From NCBI GenBank assembly GCA_951406725.2, contig OX597815.1, forward strand, positions 61,876,001 through 61,940,000: a DNA stretch of 64,000 bases. The letters are read 5' to 3'. Positions 28,340-40,547 of this stretch are shown piece by piece. The notes below the pieces were generated by a model, which had not been told where the DNA came from, made no database searches, and saw nothing but the letters and a program-made list of their open reading frames with translations. A program made the position numbers and the translations under genes. Numbering within the stretch: position 1 is the stretch's first letter; each line of letters opens with the position of its first letter. Source of the stretch: Octopus vulgaris (lineage: Eukaryota).

Positions 28340-28498
28340 TACTGTTAAATGTATATGTAATCCAACGTGAAAAAATTTTTAAACGGATATAACTTTTAAT
28401 GTATTAATTCATTAATATTTTATAAATAGACATACACAGACTCAGATATACATACATACATACATACAAACATAAATACATACATGCATATATTTGAC

Positions 28499-28557
<59 letters not shown>

Positions 28558-28943
28558 CCATCTTCTTCATTCAAAGAAAATATTTCTCCCAGCGTTCACA
28601 ATTTTCCTCTCGTACTGGTCTAACGACCCCCACTTTTTTGTGTTCGGTTTCCTTGTGTCTCCACTGTCCTGTTTTTGTTCCTAACTTTGACCTGCCATAA
28701 ATCCTAAATTTCATTTTAGAATTTATGGGAGCAACTGTGTTTGAATACTCATATTGTCACTGAATGATCGAAATGAGGAGTAGATAGACAGCCAACAACT
28801 GATGAAGGGCCGTTTCTCTGTGTTTACTTGTCCCGTTTTCCATTTCTTTCTCTCGTTGTTTACATATTTAACTCGTTTGTCCACGTATTTTATGTTGTTT
28901 ACACAGTTGGTGACGTCCTTAACCCATATATATATATATATAT

Positions 28944-29137
28944 TACTCTTTTACTTGTTTCAGTCATTTGACTGTGGCCATGCTGGAGCACCGCCTTTAG
29001 ACGAGCAAATCGACCCCGGGACTTATTCTTTGTAAGCCCAGTACTTATTCTATCGGTCTCTTTTGCCGAACCGCTAGGTGACGGGGACGTAAACACACCA
29101 GCATCGGTTGTCAAGCAATGCTAGGGGGACAAACACA

Positions 29138-29183
<46 letters not shown>

Positions 29184-29355
29184 TATATATATACATATAT
29201 ACGACAGGCTTCTTTCAGTTTCCGTCTACCAAATCCACTCACAAGGCATTGGTCGGCCCGGGGCTATAGCAGAATACACTTGCCCAAGATGCCACGCAGT
29301 GGGACTGAACCCGGAACCATGTGGTTAGTTAGCAAGCTACTTACCACATAGCCAC
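28944..29355 (-). mobile_element. Full-length tRNA-derived SINE (octopus-type) with internal (TG)n
   Basis: Head GTGGCTATGTGGTAAG..CCGGGTTCAGTCCC (A/B boxes); tail ggcggtgctccagcatggccacagtcaaatgactgaaacaagtaaaagag; several copies in the window. Confidence 0.92.
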
Positions 29356-29411
29356 ATATATATATATATATATACTTTCTTTATTTAAAAGCAGCAGAAA
29401 TTCAACAAAAC

Positions 29412-29449
29412 CTGTTACTCGGAGTTTCACGTTCCCGTTCGTCGGACAG
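29412..29449 (-). ncRNA. Minimal type I hammerhead (CCGACGA core)
   Basis: CUGU-CCGACGA-ACG-GGAA-CGU-GAAAC-UCCGA-GUA-ACAG. Confidence 0.72.
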
Positions 29450-29460
29450 TTTTGTTAAAA

Positions 29461-29496
29461 TGTCCGACGAACGGGAACGTGAAACTCCGAGTAACA
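29461..29496 (+). ncRNA. Minimal type I hammerhead (CCGACGA core)
   Basis: UGU-CCGACGA-ACG-GGAA-CGU-GAAAC-UCCGA-GUA-ACA. Confidence 0.7.
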
Positions 29497-29578
29497 GGTT
29501 TTGTTGAATTTCTGCTGCTTTTAAATAAAGCATATTACTCTACCCCTGGTATTTGAGTACTATTTATGTGCTTACTCC

Positions 29579-29640
<62 letters not shown>

Positions 29641-29770
29641 TACATACATATATATATACATATATACATACATATATATATATATATACATATATATATC
29701 ATTTACTTCATATATATGTACACACATACACACACATATTTAGCTGTTATAAATTCATGCATACGTGTGC

Positions 29771-29838
<68 letters not shown>

Positions 29839-29874
29839 GTATATATATATAAATATAAATTTATTCATACATGC

Positions 29875-29974
<100 letters not shown>

Positions 29975-30050
29975 CCTATCTGTCTATCTATCAGTTTGTC
30001 TGTCTGTCTGTCCATGTGCCTACCTACCTGTCTGTCTGTATGAATGTACG

Positions 30051-30111
<61 letters not shown>

Positions 30112-30715
30112 ATGTATACATATATGCATGTATGTGTGTGTGTGCGTGTGTGTAGTTTCTTATTTATCTTTGAAGCAAATGAATATACACATATGACTAA
30201 ATAATTATATAAATATATATGAGGGGGAAGAGAGAGAGGGGGAAAGAGGGGAAGAGATAGACAAGCAGACAGACAGACAGACGGAGAAAGACTGTATTTT
30301 TGACATACATTCACATCATCACAGCGTAACCTTAACACACATCCCCTCCTTATATCATTATCAATATCCTCATAATCCTCATCAGAGTACCACTATAACC
30401 ACCACTACCATCAACATCATCATCATCATCATCAACGATATCAAGTTTTTCTTAGTGTTTGGCGTCGTAGATGCTGGGGCGTGTTAAAATGACTCATTCC
30501 ATAGCGAGTGTTATTCATGGTTTCGTGTTAAGGTAAGTGTGTGCGTGTGTGTGAATGTGTGTGTGTATGTGTATGCATGTATATAGATTAGCATATATAC
30601 AATTACAGATGTGTGTAAAAATGTACACACGCATATACATATAAACACATAAATATGCATGTATATGTATATATAAACATGCATAAATATATATACCTAT
30701 GTACACGCACACACA

Positions 30716-31604
30716 TTAGGTTATCCCATAAATAATGCGTTTTTTCCAAAATCAAGATAAACAAGGTTCGTTTTTAATCTAAAATATACTCTCCTTCATT
30801 TTCTACTACGCTCTTCCATCTATCTGGCAGACTTGCAAAGACCCTCTTCCAAAATTCAGTTGTCCCGGACGAAAATGCTTCTCCAGTACTGTTCTGACCT
30901 CGTCTACAAAATTCATATTTTTCTGTCCAAATGACTCTAAAGACTGCAGAATAAATGATTATCAGATGGATTAATGTCCGGCGAATATGTTGGGTGGACA
31001 CCATTTCCCATTCAGACTGCTCCAGCCTTTGGGATGTCATCTTTACCGTATATGGCCGAGCATTATCCTGATGGAACACCTTTCGTCTTGAAACCAAAGA
31101 CGGTTGTTTTTCTTCTAGTGCAGGTGTTGGGGAATGTTTGAATGACCAAATCCAAGCCTTTCTGCTAGTTTCTCAACAGTTACGATGGATTTTGTTCCAC
31201 CAGGGTTTGCAGGACGTCCTCTACAGAAATTCCAGAACGAGGCTTGTCTTTTGTACTGTCGTTTCCGGCTCGGAATTTCTGTAACCATCTTTGACACTGG
31301 CTTACGTTTAGTATCCGATTCCCAAAAACAGCATAAATATTCCTCACACTTTCCGGTGCATTGTTGCCTTTATTGAACTCATAAAGCAAAATATGCTGAA
31401 TATGCTCCTTTGTCACTTCCATTATTGGTTTGAAAAATAACTGTTAAAATCGAACTGCACTCTTCAATACTTGCACGAAGAATAAGTACAAAATAAAACT
31501 ACTACCTGCTTTTATAACAAGTTGACGCTGATAGTTTATCCCGTTCCTCTCCGACTTTTAGTTCCTGCAAATGAAAAAACTGTATTATCTATGGGATCAC
31601 CCTA
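30716..31604 (-). mobile_element. Internally deleted mariner (~890 bp), a different subfamily from 10525-11793
   Basis: Imperfect ~30-bp TIRs (TAGG(G)T.ATCCCATA.ATAAT..), TA at 31605-31606; MEVTKEHIQHILLYEFNKGNNA.., HQDNARP, WKSVVENEGEYILD; the WVPHEL-to-first-Asp region is missing. Confidence 0.92.
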
Positions 31605-31654
31605 TACTACAGGTGTGTGTGTGTGTTTTGATTGCATACACACACATATATATA

Positions 31655-32907
31655 TAATAAATTAATAAATAAAACATATGTATATATACATACATACATG
31701 TACGTACCTACCTCTACATGTATATATACATGCGTATATGGGTACAGGACACCAAAAAACGTCGAACACAATGAGAAACGAAAACATAAACACAAAACCA
31801 AGGAAATGGACATTTTTCTTAAACAACGAAAAAATAGAGTACAGGACATACAACACAACGAAAATTCCCCTTCTTCAGTCGCCTCTGTTTCACCTACCCC
31901 ACGTTTCGAAGGTCAAGGCGAGACACGACTTCGGTGAAACATTCCTTCCCGCAAAAAGCAAATTAAATAAAATTTGAGATTTTTTTGCGGAGGGGTAAAA
32001 ATGGTAACAAAAACAGGACAGTAAAGACAGTACAAAATATAGACAGTAAAGGACAGGACAAGGAGAATAACAGTAACACAAACATTGAGAGCTGTTAAGC
32101 CAGAATGAAAGAAAAAATATTATGAACGCTTTTGAGGACAGCAAGAGAGAGACAGGAAAGCCATTCACACTTAAAGGAAGCCAGGTCGGAAAGACAGTAG
32201 CAGAGCTCTCATCGCGGGTCAACAACGGGAGGGAGGAGGAGGAGCAAAAAAAGGGAGAGAAAAAAAAGGGAATGGTTGTAGAGAAAACCAGAAAGAATGA
32301 AGAATGAGAGAGAGAGAGGGAGAGGCAGTAAGGTAGAAGAAAAGGAAACCCGAAAGAATGAAGGCTGAGAAAGGGAGGGGGACAGAAAGGTTAAGAGTGC
32401 GCATCATTATTAATATTAAGAACAAACTTACTTAGAAATGGATGCGTGCGTTCCGTCATATAATAAATTAATAAATAAAACATATGCATATATACATACA
32501 TATATGTACTACCTACCTCTATATATATGTATACATGCATACATGGGTACAGGACACAAAAAAAAAAAAAACGTCGAACACAATGAGAAACGAAAACATA
32601 AGCACAAAACCAAGGAAGCGGAGTAGATGAAACAGAGGCGACTGAAGAAGGGGAATTTTCCTTGTGTTGTATGTCCTGTATTCTATTTTTTCGTTGTTTA
32701 AGAAAAATGTCCATTTCCTTGGTTTTGTGTTTATGTTTTCGTTTCTCATTGTTTTCGACGTTTTTTTGGTGTCCTGTACCCATATATGCATGTATATATA
32801 CATGTAGAGGTAGGTACGTACATATATGTATGTATATATGCATATGTTTTATTTATTAATTTATTATATGACGGAACGCACGCATCCATTTCTAAGTAAG
32901 TTTGTTC

Positions 32908-32908
<1 letters not shown>
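31655..32908. mobile_element. PLE-pLTR-like composite: unit, partial direct copy (32419-32617) and inverted copy (32618-32908)
   Basis: 31657-31805 repeats at 32463-32617; 32618-32908 is its reverse complement; further copies at ~19885-20110 and ~58950-59095, with a related subfamily at 20400-20560 and 28766-28927. Confidence 0.8.
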
Positions 32909-32939
<31 letters not shown>

Positions 32940-32950
32940 AATTCACACAT

Positions 32951-33034
<84 letters not shown>

Positions 33035-33202
33035 ATATTAGGGAATGAATCCAAAATTACAGGAAAAAATCAGATTTAGGGTTAAATCCAATTTTATAGT
33101 AAAATATTATATAATATAATTCGAGACAAAACCACTATTTTAAAATCAAACAAGGAAAGACTTAATCAATACATACAATTTTAATATAAATTAAATAAAC
33201 CG

Positions 33203-33246
33203 CCACTACAATTGTTTCCTGTCTGCTACTGACATTCTTCAGGTGG
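33203..33246 (-). ncRNA. Type I hammerhead ribozyme
   Basis: CCAC-CUGAAGA-A-UGUC-AGUAGCA-GACA-G-GAAAC-AAUU-GUA-GUGG. Confidence 0.82.
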
Positions 33247-33302
33247 ATTTTCGATCTTCTAATCAGTATCAAATTATTGATACTGATTAGAAGATCGAAA
33301 AT

Positions 33303-33346
33303 CCACCTGAAGAATGTCAGTAGAAGACAGGAAACAATTGTAGTGG
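33303..33346 (+). ncRNA. Type I hammerhead ribozyme
   Basis: CCAC-CUGAAGA-A-UGUC-AGUAGAA-GACA-G-GAAAC-AAUU-GUA-GUGG; palindromic stem III ACAAUUGU; A.G pair at the base of stem II. Confidence 0.82.
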
Positions 33347-33445
33347 CGGTTTATTTAATTTATATCAAAATTTTATGTATTGATTAAGTCTTTCCTGTTT
33401 GATTTTAAAATAGTGGTTTTGTCTCGAATTATATTATATATTTAT

Positions 33446-33512
<67 letters not shown>

Positions 33513-33732
33513 AATACTAAATTTCTAAATCTCTCGTAGAGACATGTACGGTGGTGGGGCGATAGAATGGTTGTATACTGTCAATCTAACACGAACGTGA
33601 CAGTAGGGGGTACACCACCGCGGTTTAGCCCTAGGAAGCATCGACGCCTCCTGATGGCTTTGACACATTTTTCCTGTGTCCTTATATACATTTACGAAGG
33701 GGAGACAAATACCCCCAGCCGCCCGGGCTGCA

Positions 33733-33777
33733 TCTAGGGACACGTGTTTCATTATGATTGTCCTTCGTCGGCCTAGA
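33733..33777 (-). ncRNA. Type I hammerhead (CCGACGA core), stem II damaged
   Basis: UCUAGG-CCGACGA-AGGA-CAAUCA-UAAU-GAAAC-ACGU-GUC-CCUAGA. Confidence 0.68.
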
Positions 33778-33962
33778 GTAGCAGACACCGGTCAGCTGAC
33801 GATATCTGTCTCGACTCGTAATGTATATATCTAAATTTCAGTGAAGTCTATTTAGAAATTTAGTATTTCTGATTTTGATAATCAGTGAATAGATTTCACT
33901 GAAATTTAGATATATACATTACGAGTTGAGACAGATATCGTCAGCTGACCGGTGTCTGCTAC

Positions 33963-34007
33963 TCTAGGCCGACGAATGACAATCATCCTGAAACACGTGT
34001 CCCTAGA
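33963..34007 (+). ncRNA. Type I hammerhead (CCGACGA core)
   Basis: UCUAGG-CCGACGA-AUGA-CAAUCA-UCCU-GAAAC-ACGU-GUC-CCUAGA; consensus of the two arms restores stem II AGGA/UCCU; stem III ACACGUGU is palindromic. Confidence 0.75.
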
Positions 34008-34114
34008 TGCAGCCCGGGCGGCTGAGGGTATTTGTCTCCCCTTCGTAAATGTATATAAGGACACAGGGGAAAATGTCTCAAAGCCATCAGGAGGCGTCGA
34101 TGCTTCCTAGGGCT

Positions 34115-35234
34115 CCATGACAGAACTGCAGTCGTGGATCAAAATAAGACCGAGGAAGGGCGAATGGCACCTCGAGTGTCGCGTTGCTCTCAAGCAACTA
34201 TGCTGTCCCGGGTCGACCTTGAGTGACTTCAACACAACCCAAAGCATTCTATAGGGGATTAGTGGAGGGGAGGTACGACGACGAACTTGGGGCGAACCTG
34301 GGCGTCGACGAGGAATACCTGACCCGCCTGTGTGAGCCGACTTTCGGGCCGGGACCTATGGCCAACTTCCAGAGATTCCTGGCCTGGCAGTGCTACCGAG
34401 AAGCGCTACCCGTTCGGGATAAGCTCTATAGGCACAGCTCGAGAAACATGCGGTCGACCTGCCCGAGATGCGGGCAGAGAATGACGAAACCGTTCTGCAC
34501 GCTAATCGTGCAGTGTCCAACAATCTCCGACCTGTGGGCTTAAGTCGAACGACTGCTGTCACGTGTGGGACGTGTCGGTTTATCAGCCGAGTCTATCGTT
34601 AATATCGTCACGCCCCCTTCCTTCAAACGAGAAGGAAGAGCTATTTTTATCATACTTGTGGCTATGGCGAAAGAATGTATCTGGTGGACGCGCCTGAAAG
34701 GATTAGAGACAAACACTTTCCTCTCTGATCAATCTCTCATCAACTTCTTCAAGTATCACTTGAAGAGGAAAGTGAGAGTAGAGAGGCAGGTTTTGTCTAG
34801 TGAATGTTTTAAAAAAAGATGGGTGAATGTAGCAAGGATGGCACGTATGAATGACGAAGCCACCTTGACCATGATCCTATGAACCGTAAAAATTAATACA
34901 GAGAGTTGCTTATTTGTAAAAAAAATATAACATGTGACTTCATTGACCGAGGTTACCGTGGTCTTTTCCGTAGGCGGCTTTTCTTTCCACGATAAACCTC
35001 ACCTGTCCTCCCCTTTACACTTTATATTGACATTTCTGTGATAACGATCCCTATTGATCGATTCTTTCTTTTTGCTTTTATTCCTCCTCCCCCTTTTTTT
35101 GCTTACCTCTTTCTTTACTTTTACGATCCCTTTTGATCAAAAACCAAACCCCCTTTTTTTTATCCCCCAAAAGAAAAGCTCTACCTTGTAATTTGTCCCG
35201 TCTGTGTGCAGCCCTGTGTGGCTAATAAAGAAAC
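34115..35234 (+). mobile_element. Tx1/L1-clade LINE 3' fragment (zf-RVT/CCHC region plus 3' UTR), followed by (TATC)n
   Basis: [24 protein letters not shown]; ends AATAAAGAAAC then (TATC)n; highly similar to 57512-58830. Confidence 0.85.
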
Positions 35235-35235
35235 A

Positions 35236-35306
<71 letters not shown>

Positions 35307-35309
35307 ATA

Positions 35310-36185
35310 TAATTGGATAATTTGGAACTTGACTGAGGAAAGAAAATTCCGAATGACCCGTCCTTGTTTTGTTTGTATCGTCTATCTGGATGTTTTGTTG
35401 TCCCTTTTTTGTATCACCTAACTGTCTGGATGTTTTGCGTTCTTGTCCTATGCTGTATGTATTTATATATATAGCGGTCTCTTATATGTAAGTATATATA
35501 TATATCTAAATCTTGTACGACTCTATTCTTTCTTTCTATCAGCCCTTTCAAGCTTATTCGTTCATTCCACTCTTTGTTCTTTCGTTCCCCCTCTCTCACA
35601 TTTCCCCGCCTTGTCTTCTTACTCATTTCCCTCCACTTTTTACTTCACTGTGTCCCTGTCATTTTTCTCGCCCCTCCTTAATTCTTCTGCCCCTCTGCCT
35701 CTGTCTCTCTCTCTCTTCTCTCCTCGCGTAACCAGTGTTCGGCCAAGCCTGATCTTTCTTTCTTGGTTCGGCCGTCCGTGCCACATCTATATTCCTCCCT
35801 GTGCCTGTGAAAACTTGTTTCTCTGCCGTAAGGCTTTATTTTCACACACAGCAGCTTAATTTAATTCGTCCTTAGTCGCAAGACACCTATTTGTATTTGT
35901 GTAACATTCTCCGTTTTTTCCCGTCCTTGTTTTCGTATACATTCGCTGCTTTCTTCCAAGGAATCTAATGCTCTTGGCTTAGTTTTTCCTTGGGGCTGGC
36001 TAGATTGGAGCAATCTCGAGTATAACCAGCCGAAATTGCAAAGATAATCTGGAGCTAGACTGAGGAAGGAAATTCCGAATGACCTGTCCTTGTTTTTTTT
36101 TTGCATCGTCTATCTGGATGTGTTCTTGTCCTTTTTTTGTAACACCTGTCTGGAAGTTTTGCGTTCTTGTCCCTTTTTCTATTAT
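35310..36185 (+). mobile_element. Non-coding repeat with direct terminal copies (35315-35450 ~ 36044-36180); another copy at 25733-26040
   Basis: Shared gataat.tgg..gactgaggaa.gaaa.ttccgaatgacc.gtccttg block; pLTR-like arrangement. Confidence 0.7.
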
Positions 36186-36278
36186 ATATATATATATATA
36201 TATCGCCATGTTGATTCGTTAGCTACTGCACGCATTTTTTTTCTCTCCTTCTTTCTGTGTTTTTTTTCTCTCTGTGTA

Positions 36279-36316
36279 TCTTTCTGTTGAAGAGCGTAGG
36301 CTCGAAACGTTAAAGA
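36279..36316 (+). ncRNA. Minimal type I hammerhead, A6U core change
   Basis: UCUUU-CUGUUGA-A-GAGC-GUAG-GCUC-GAAAC-GUU-AAAGA; stems I and II are perfect. Confidence 0.65.
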
Positions 36317-36413
36317 CTTGTTTTATTTATATTTCCTGAGCGCCATACTAATACAATTGTTCGTTTGTTTTCCACCTGCCTTCGTCTTTTGTCTATTTTC
36401 ATAAAGCTTCCCG

Positions 36414-36468
<55 letters not shown>

Positions 36469-37165
36469 TTATACTGGAAAGTCTGAATTTCCCAGGAACA
36501 GAGTTTTGTTTCATGTTTTTTTTCTATTCCAGGCTATTTTGCATGTTTTCAACAAATGTAATATGGAAATCCCTTTCACACACACACGTCCATTTCATAT
36601 ATACGTACACACATCTTTCACTTTAAAACAAAAGCAAAGAAAAAAAATTACGGAAATTAAGGACTTGAAACTGATTTTAAAAATTTCCTTATTATATTGT
36701 CTGTTTAAAGAAAGCTAAAATATAAATACTTACTGTACAAACAACTTTCATTTTTGAAATCACATTCAGTTAAAAGTATTTGTAAGTGATTATCATATTG
36801 TTTACGTCAAAAAGTCGACGTTTTTTTTTTCTCATAGAGAGCGCTAAGATAATGTTTGTGTACATATCACAGATAGCAGACGTGTGTTTGTGTTGATTGA
36901 CAACCCATAACATTCATTATATGTGTATGTATTCTGTATGTGTGTATGTGAGTTGACGTCACGGAAGCCATGTTTTTTCTCGTTAAGAAAGAATAAAGAA
37001 AAATTATGTTTACTCGTTTTCATTAATAGAGGTCCAAATGTCACAAAATTTGTACTGCACTGCCGAAGTATGAAAATAAATATGAAAAAAATAATGAAGA
37101 TAAAATATATTATTTCTGAGATATTTTTGGAACAAACGAACATCCCTAGAGTTTTAGTATTATTA

Positions 37166-37222
<57 letters not shown>

Positions 37223-37811
37223 AAATCCATACAGGCACACTCATTTGTATGCATGTATGTATTTATAAACAAATACACACGTGCATGCATATCAATGTGT
37301 ACCCGTCTACGTGTTATCGCAAACATACAATCATATTTCTAGTTACACTTATATATGTTCCCCAATGTTTGTTGCACGTCAATGTACGTGTGTCTAATTT
37401 TTTTCCGTGTTTTTCCTATATTTATTTAGTATATACAATTTATATTCCATTTGTTATGTGTTTTATGTTTCTCAGAACATTATTTATGTTTATATATGCG
37501 TGTGGTTTTGTATATATGTTATGGCGTCAAACATATCTGCTTCGCTTTCTGGTTGACCCAAAGATGAACAGCGTTCACTGATCCGGGCTTTTTTTTTTCT
37601 CAGCTGATTGTGTATTAAGTCAAAAATTTATACAGGAGCTTGTTGCTATGAGCTTCCCCGGAATGGATTAAAAAACGCAAGATATTATCGCATTATATTT
37701 CACGCTTTTAGTCAGAAGCTTCTGCGAAAATGGATTCTATTAAAAGAAATTGGGGATGATGTTGAAAAAGTATGAACTGATGCCTTTAAGAGCTATATTG
37801 GTAAATATATA

Positions 37812-38967
37812 TCTCTCTCTATATAAACGGCAGTTTGTCTGTCTGTGTGTCTGTCAGGTTGTTCCCTCACCCTGACCACGGCTTTCAACCGATTCTAATG
37901 AAACTTGACACACACATAGCCCAATGTCATAATTCAAAACTAACGCAGTGAAAATTTTGAAAAGTTCTCCCAGTTCTGAAAAAAATCGATAAATTTGACA
38001 TGGGGTCGAGAATCTAAGCTTTTTATATGCAACACATTTTCTGTTGTAGTTTTCGCAACTTGCAATCGATTTTCACCAAACTCATGGTGAAGCTTAATGT
38101 TACCCTAAGAAACTTAATTCTGACGTTAGTTTTCCATGGAATACCTTACCATCAGAAAAAATCGATAAAATCATACCATTTTGGGAAATCGCGTTCAAAT
38201 TCAAGATGACATATTTTCGACAATATCTTTCACAAATTGGCAGGAATTTTTTAAAAAATTCACAGCGAGCATCATGTCTGCTCCAAGGAGCTATATGGCC
38301 CTTTTTATTCCAATAGGATACTTTATTACTGGAAAAAATCGGTTAATTAAATCATATGTGGCACACATAGCAAACCGATTTGTGTATTAAACACAAACCA
38401 CAGACTGTCTAGGGGACGCAACTCGACCTTTTTAACTCTCGGAACACGTGGGGTAAGTATCCCAAAATGTATAAAAATGTACAAAAACGGCAAAAAAGCG
38501 GGCAGCAATGTGATTGACAACAACGAAAAAGTCAAAAGTGACCAAACTGAACAAACGAATGGAAAAGGTTTTTTGGTGCACACGACAAAAGCGGTTTATA
38601 ATAAACCAAGAGTTTGCAAGTAGCGTCCGAGGACCCTTAGGGTACGTGAAAAATTTAAGGTAAAACGTTTGGGGTGGTAGTTATAAAGAAAGTTTAAACA
38701 AAAAAAGTATTCGAATAACTTGCGGCTGCAGCAACTATTAGCAGAAGTGGCGGTGTTGGGGGTAAAGTCTCGAATGTAATTTCTTTCTGGTAGGAATTGG
38801 TTGGGTTGAATTATCGATAGCTGTTTGATAGTTATTTGGGAGTGAAGAGAAGACATTGCAACCTACACATGCGCCTTCGTTCCCTAGAGGGAAAGGACTA
38901 GATTGGGATTAGTCGTTGTCTACTAGGGGCTCTTACATACCCGGGCAACGCCGGGCTATGCTGCTAG
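37812..38967 (+). mobile_element. Non-autonomous Helitron
   Basis: A|TC 5' end, (GTCT)n near the 5' end, GC hairpin CCCGG-GCAACG-CCGGG at 38940-38955, CTAG|T 3' end, no TSD. Confidence 0.85.
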
Positions 38968-39011
38968 TATATATATACATACACATACATGCATAAATAT
39001 ATAAATATATA

Positions 39012-39473
39012 GGTGCAGGTGTGGTAGTGTGATAAGAAGCTTGTTCTCCAACTGCATTCAGTCCTACTGCGTGGCACCTTGGGCAGAGTCTTCTCGGGCC
39101 AATCAAAGCCCTGTGAGTGGATTTAATAGACCCCAAGAAGACCCGTCGTATATACATATATGTATGTGTGTGTGTATGTGTGTGTGTTATTGTGCATGTG
39201 TTTGTCTCCCACTACTGCTTGACAACCGGTGTTGGCATATTTACGTTCCTTACGTTAGCGGCTCAGCAAAAGAGACTGATAGAATGAGTACCAGGCTTAA
39301 CAAAAACTGCACTGCCGAAGGTAAGTATGAAAATAGATATGAAAAAAATAATGAAGATAAACTATATTATTTCTGAGATATTTTGGGAACAAACAATTCG
39401 TTCGATTAAAAATTCAAAGCAGTACCCAGCATCACCGCAGTCTAATGACTGAAACAAGTTAAAAAATAAAAGA
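39012..39473 (+). mobile_element. tRNA-derived SINE (diverged) containing an 89-bp foreign insert
   Basis: Homologous to 28944-29355; 39306-39394 matches 37054-37137. Confidence 0.85.
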
Positions 39474-39509
39474 TGTATATATGTATGTATCTATGACTGC
39501 CAATATCAC

Positions 39510-39890
39510 TCAAAGGTTGAATGCATTCCATCGATGCATTCCAGAATACTCAAGACCACCAACAGGGACAGAGTTACAAACCCTGAAGTCCTGCAAAGAG
39601 CCAATCTGTATAGCAAGCAGGAGATTGTGGTGGAAAGAAAAACGAGATTTGTAGGTCATATTTTCTGACTGCCTGAACAATGAATATCCAAGACAGCTAT
39701 ACAAGTAGTACTACCAGACGGATGAAGGAAGAGAGGGAAACCCAAAAACACATTGTGCGTCATCTTCAAAGATCTGAAGTAACTTAACATCATCAGGGAA
39801 TTAGCTAGCGACTAATGCTCAACACTAGGATCACTGGAGACGTGTTGCTGCCCAGTGTACACGAGGCATTAAGTAAGACTAAGATTAAGG
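39510..39890 (+). mobile_element. Decayed RTE-clade LINE 3' end
   Basis: RILKTTNRDRVTNPEVLQRA..RFVGHIF*LP..RKRGKPKNT..WRRVAAQC. Confidence 0.72.
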
Positions 39891-40043
39891 TACAAAAGAG
39901 ATATTAGTAACGAAAAGTGACACTGTGGTGGGAATTGACGGGTGGCTTTACTTAATATAATAACAAGTGATCCAACATATCACAACCAAACTTAGATAGT
40001 GATGAATCGTCTGTGATGATTATTTATACATATAAAGATGAGA

Positions 40044-40076
<33 letters not shown>

Positions 40077-40547
40077 TGTCTGTGTGAATACCTAAAACTT
40101 GAGAACAACCAATTCCATTCAAATTTTACACATGCCTTACTTAGGATCCATGTAGTGTCATAAGCCAAAAAAGTTTTTAATATCATATCTTCTCCACTAT
40201 GGCAGTATTATGTGTCCAAAGTGAAACAATAACCATCTCTCTATTGTAATGTCAGAATTTTCACTTTAATAGTTTCATATGTCTTCTGCTATAGCATCAG
40301 ACCAGCCAAAGCCTTGTGAGTGGATTTTGTACGCAGAAACTGAAAGAAATCAATTGTATATATATGTATGTATATATCTAAGTGTATGTGTGTGTCTTTG
40401 TCTCTGGGTTTCTCTCTCATCACTGCTTCACAACTGCTTTTCGTTTATTTACATCCCCATAACTTACTGGTTTGACAAGAAGAAACTGATAGAATAAGTA
40501 CCTGGTTTATCAAAAAAAAAAAAAGCACTAGGCAGTGTCTCATATTT

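Larger units (their letters stand above)
29379..29530. repeat. Near-perfect 152-bp palindrome with a hammerhead in each arm
   Basis: Arms 29379-29448 and 29461-29530 are reverse complements. Confidence 0.95.
33108..33441. repeat. ~334-bp palindrome (4-nt loop) with a hammerhead in each arm
   Basis: Centre gtatcaa-atta-ttgatac at 33273-33276; the arms differ at only a few positions. Confidence 0.95.
33508..34114. mobile_element. HHR-bearing element with 23-bp inverted ends (33508-33530 / 33850-33872) and a 226-bp inverted duplication (33627-33852 / 33888-34114)
   Basis: Direct reverse-complement comparison. Confidence 0.88.

Noticed and set aside
29290-29355. tRNA gene
   Set aside because: A/B boxes are present but there is no full cloverleaf; it is the SINE head.
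37604-37770. Candidate plus-strand exon
   Set aside because: The acceptor looks good but in-frame stops occur before any donor.
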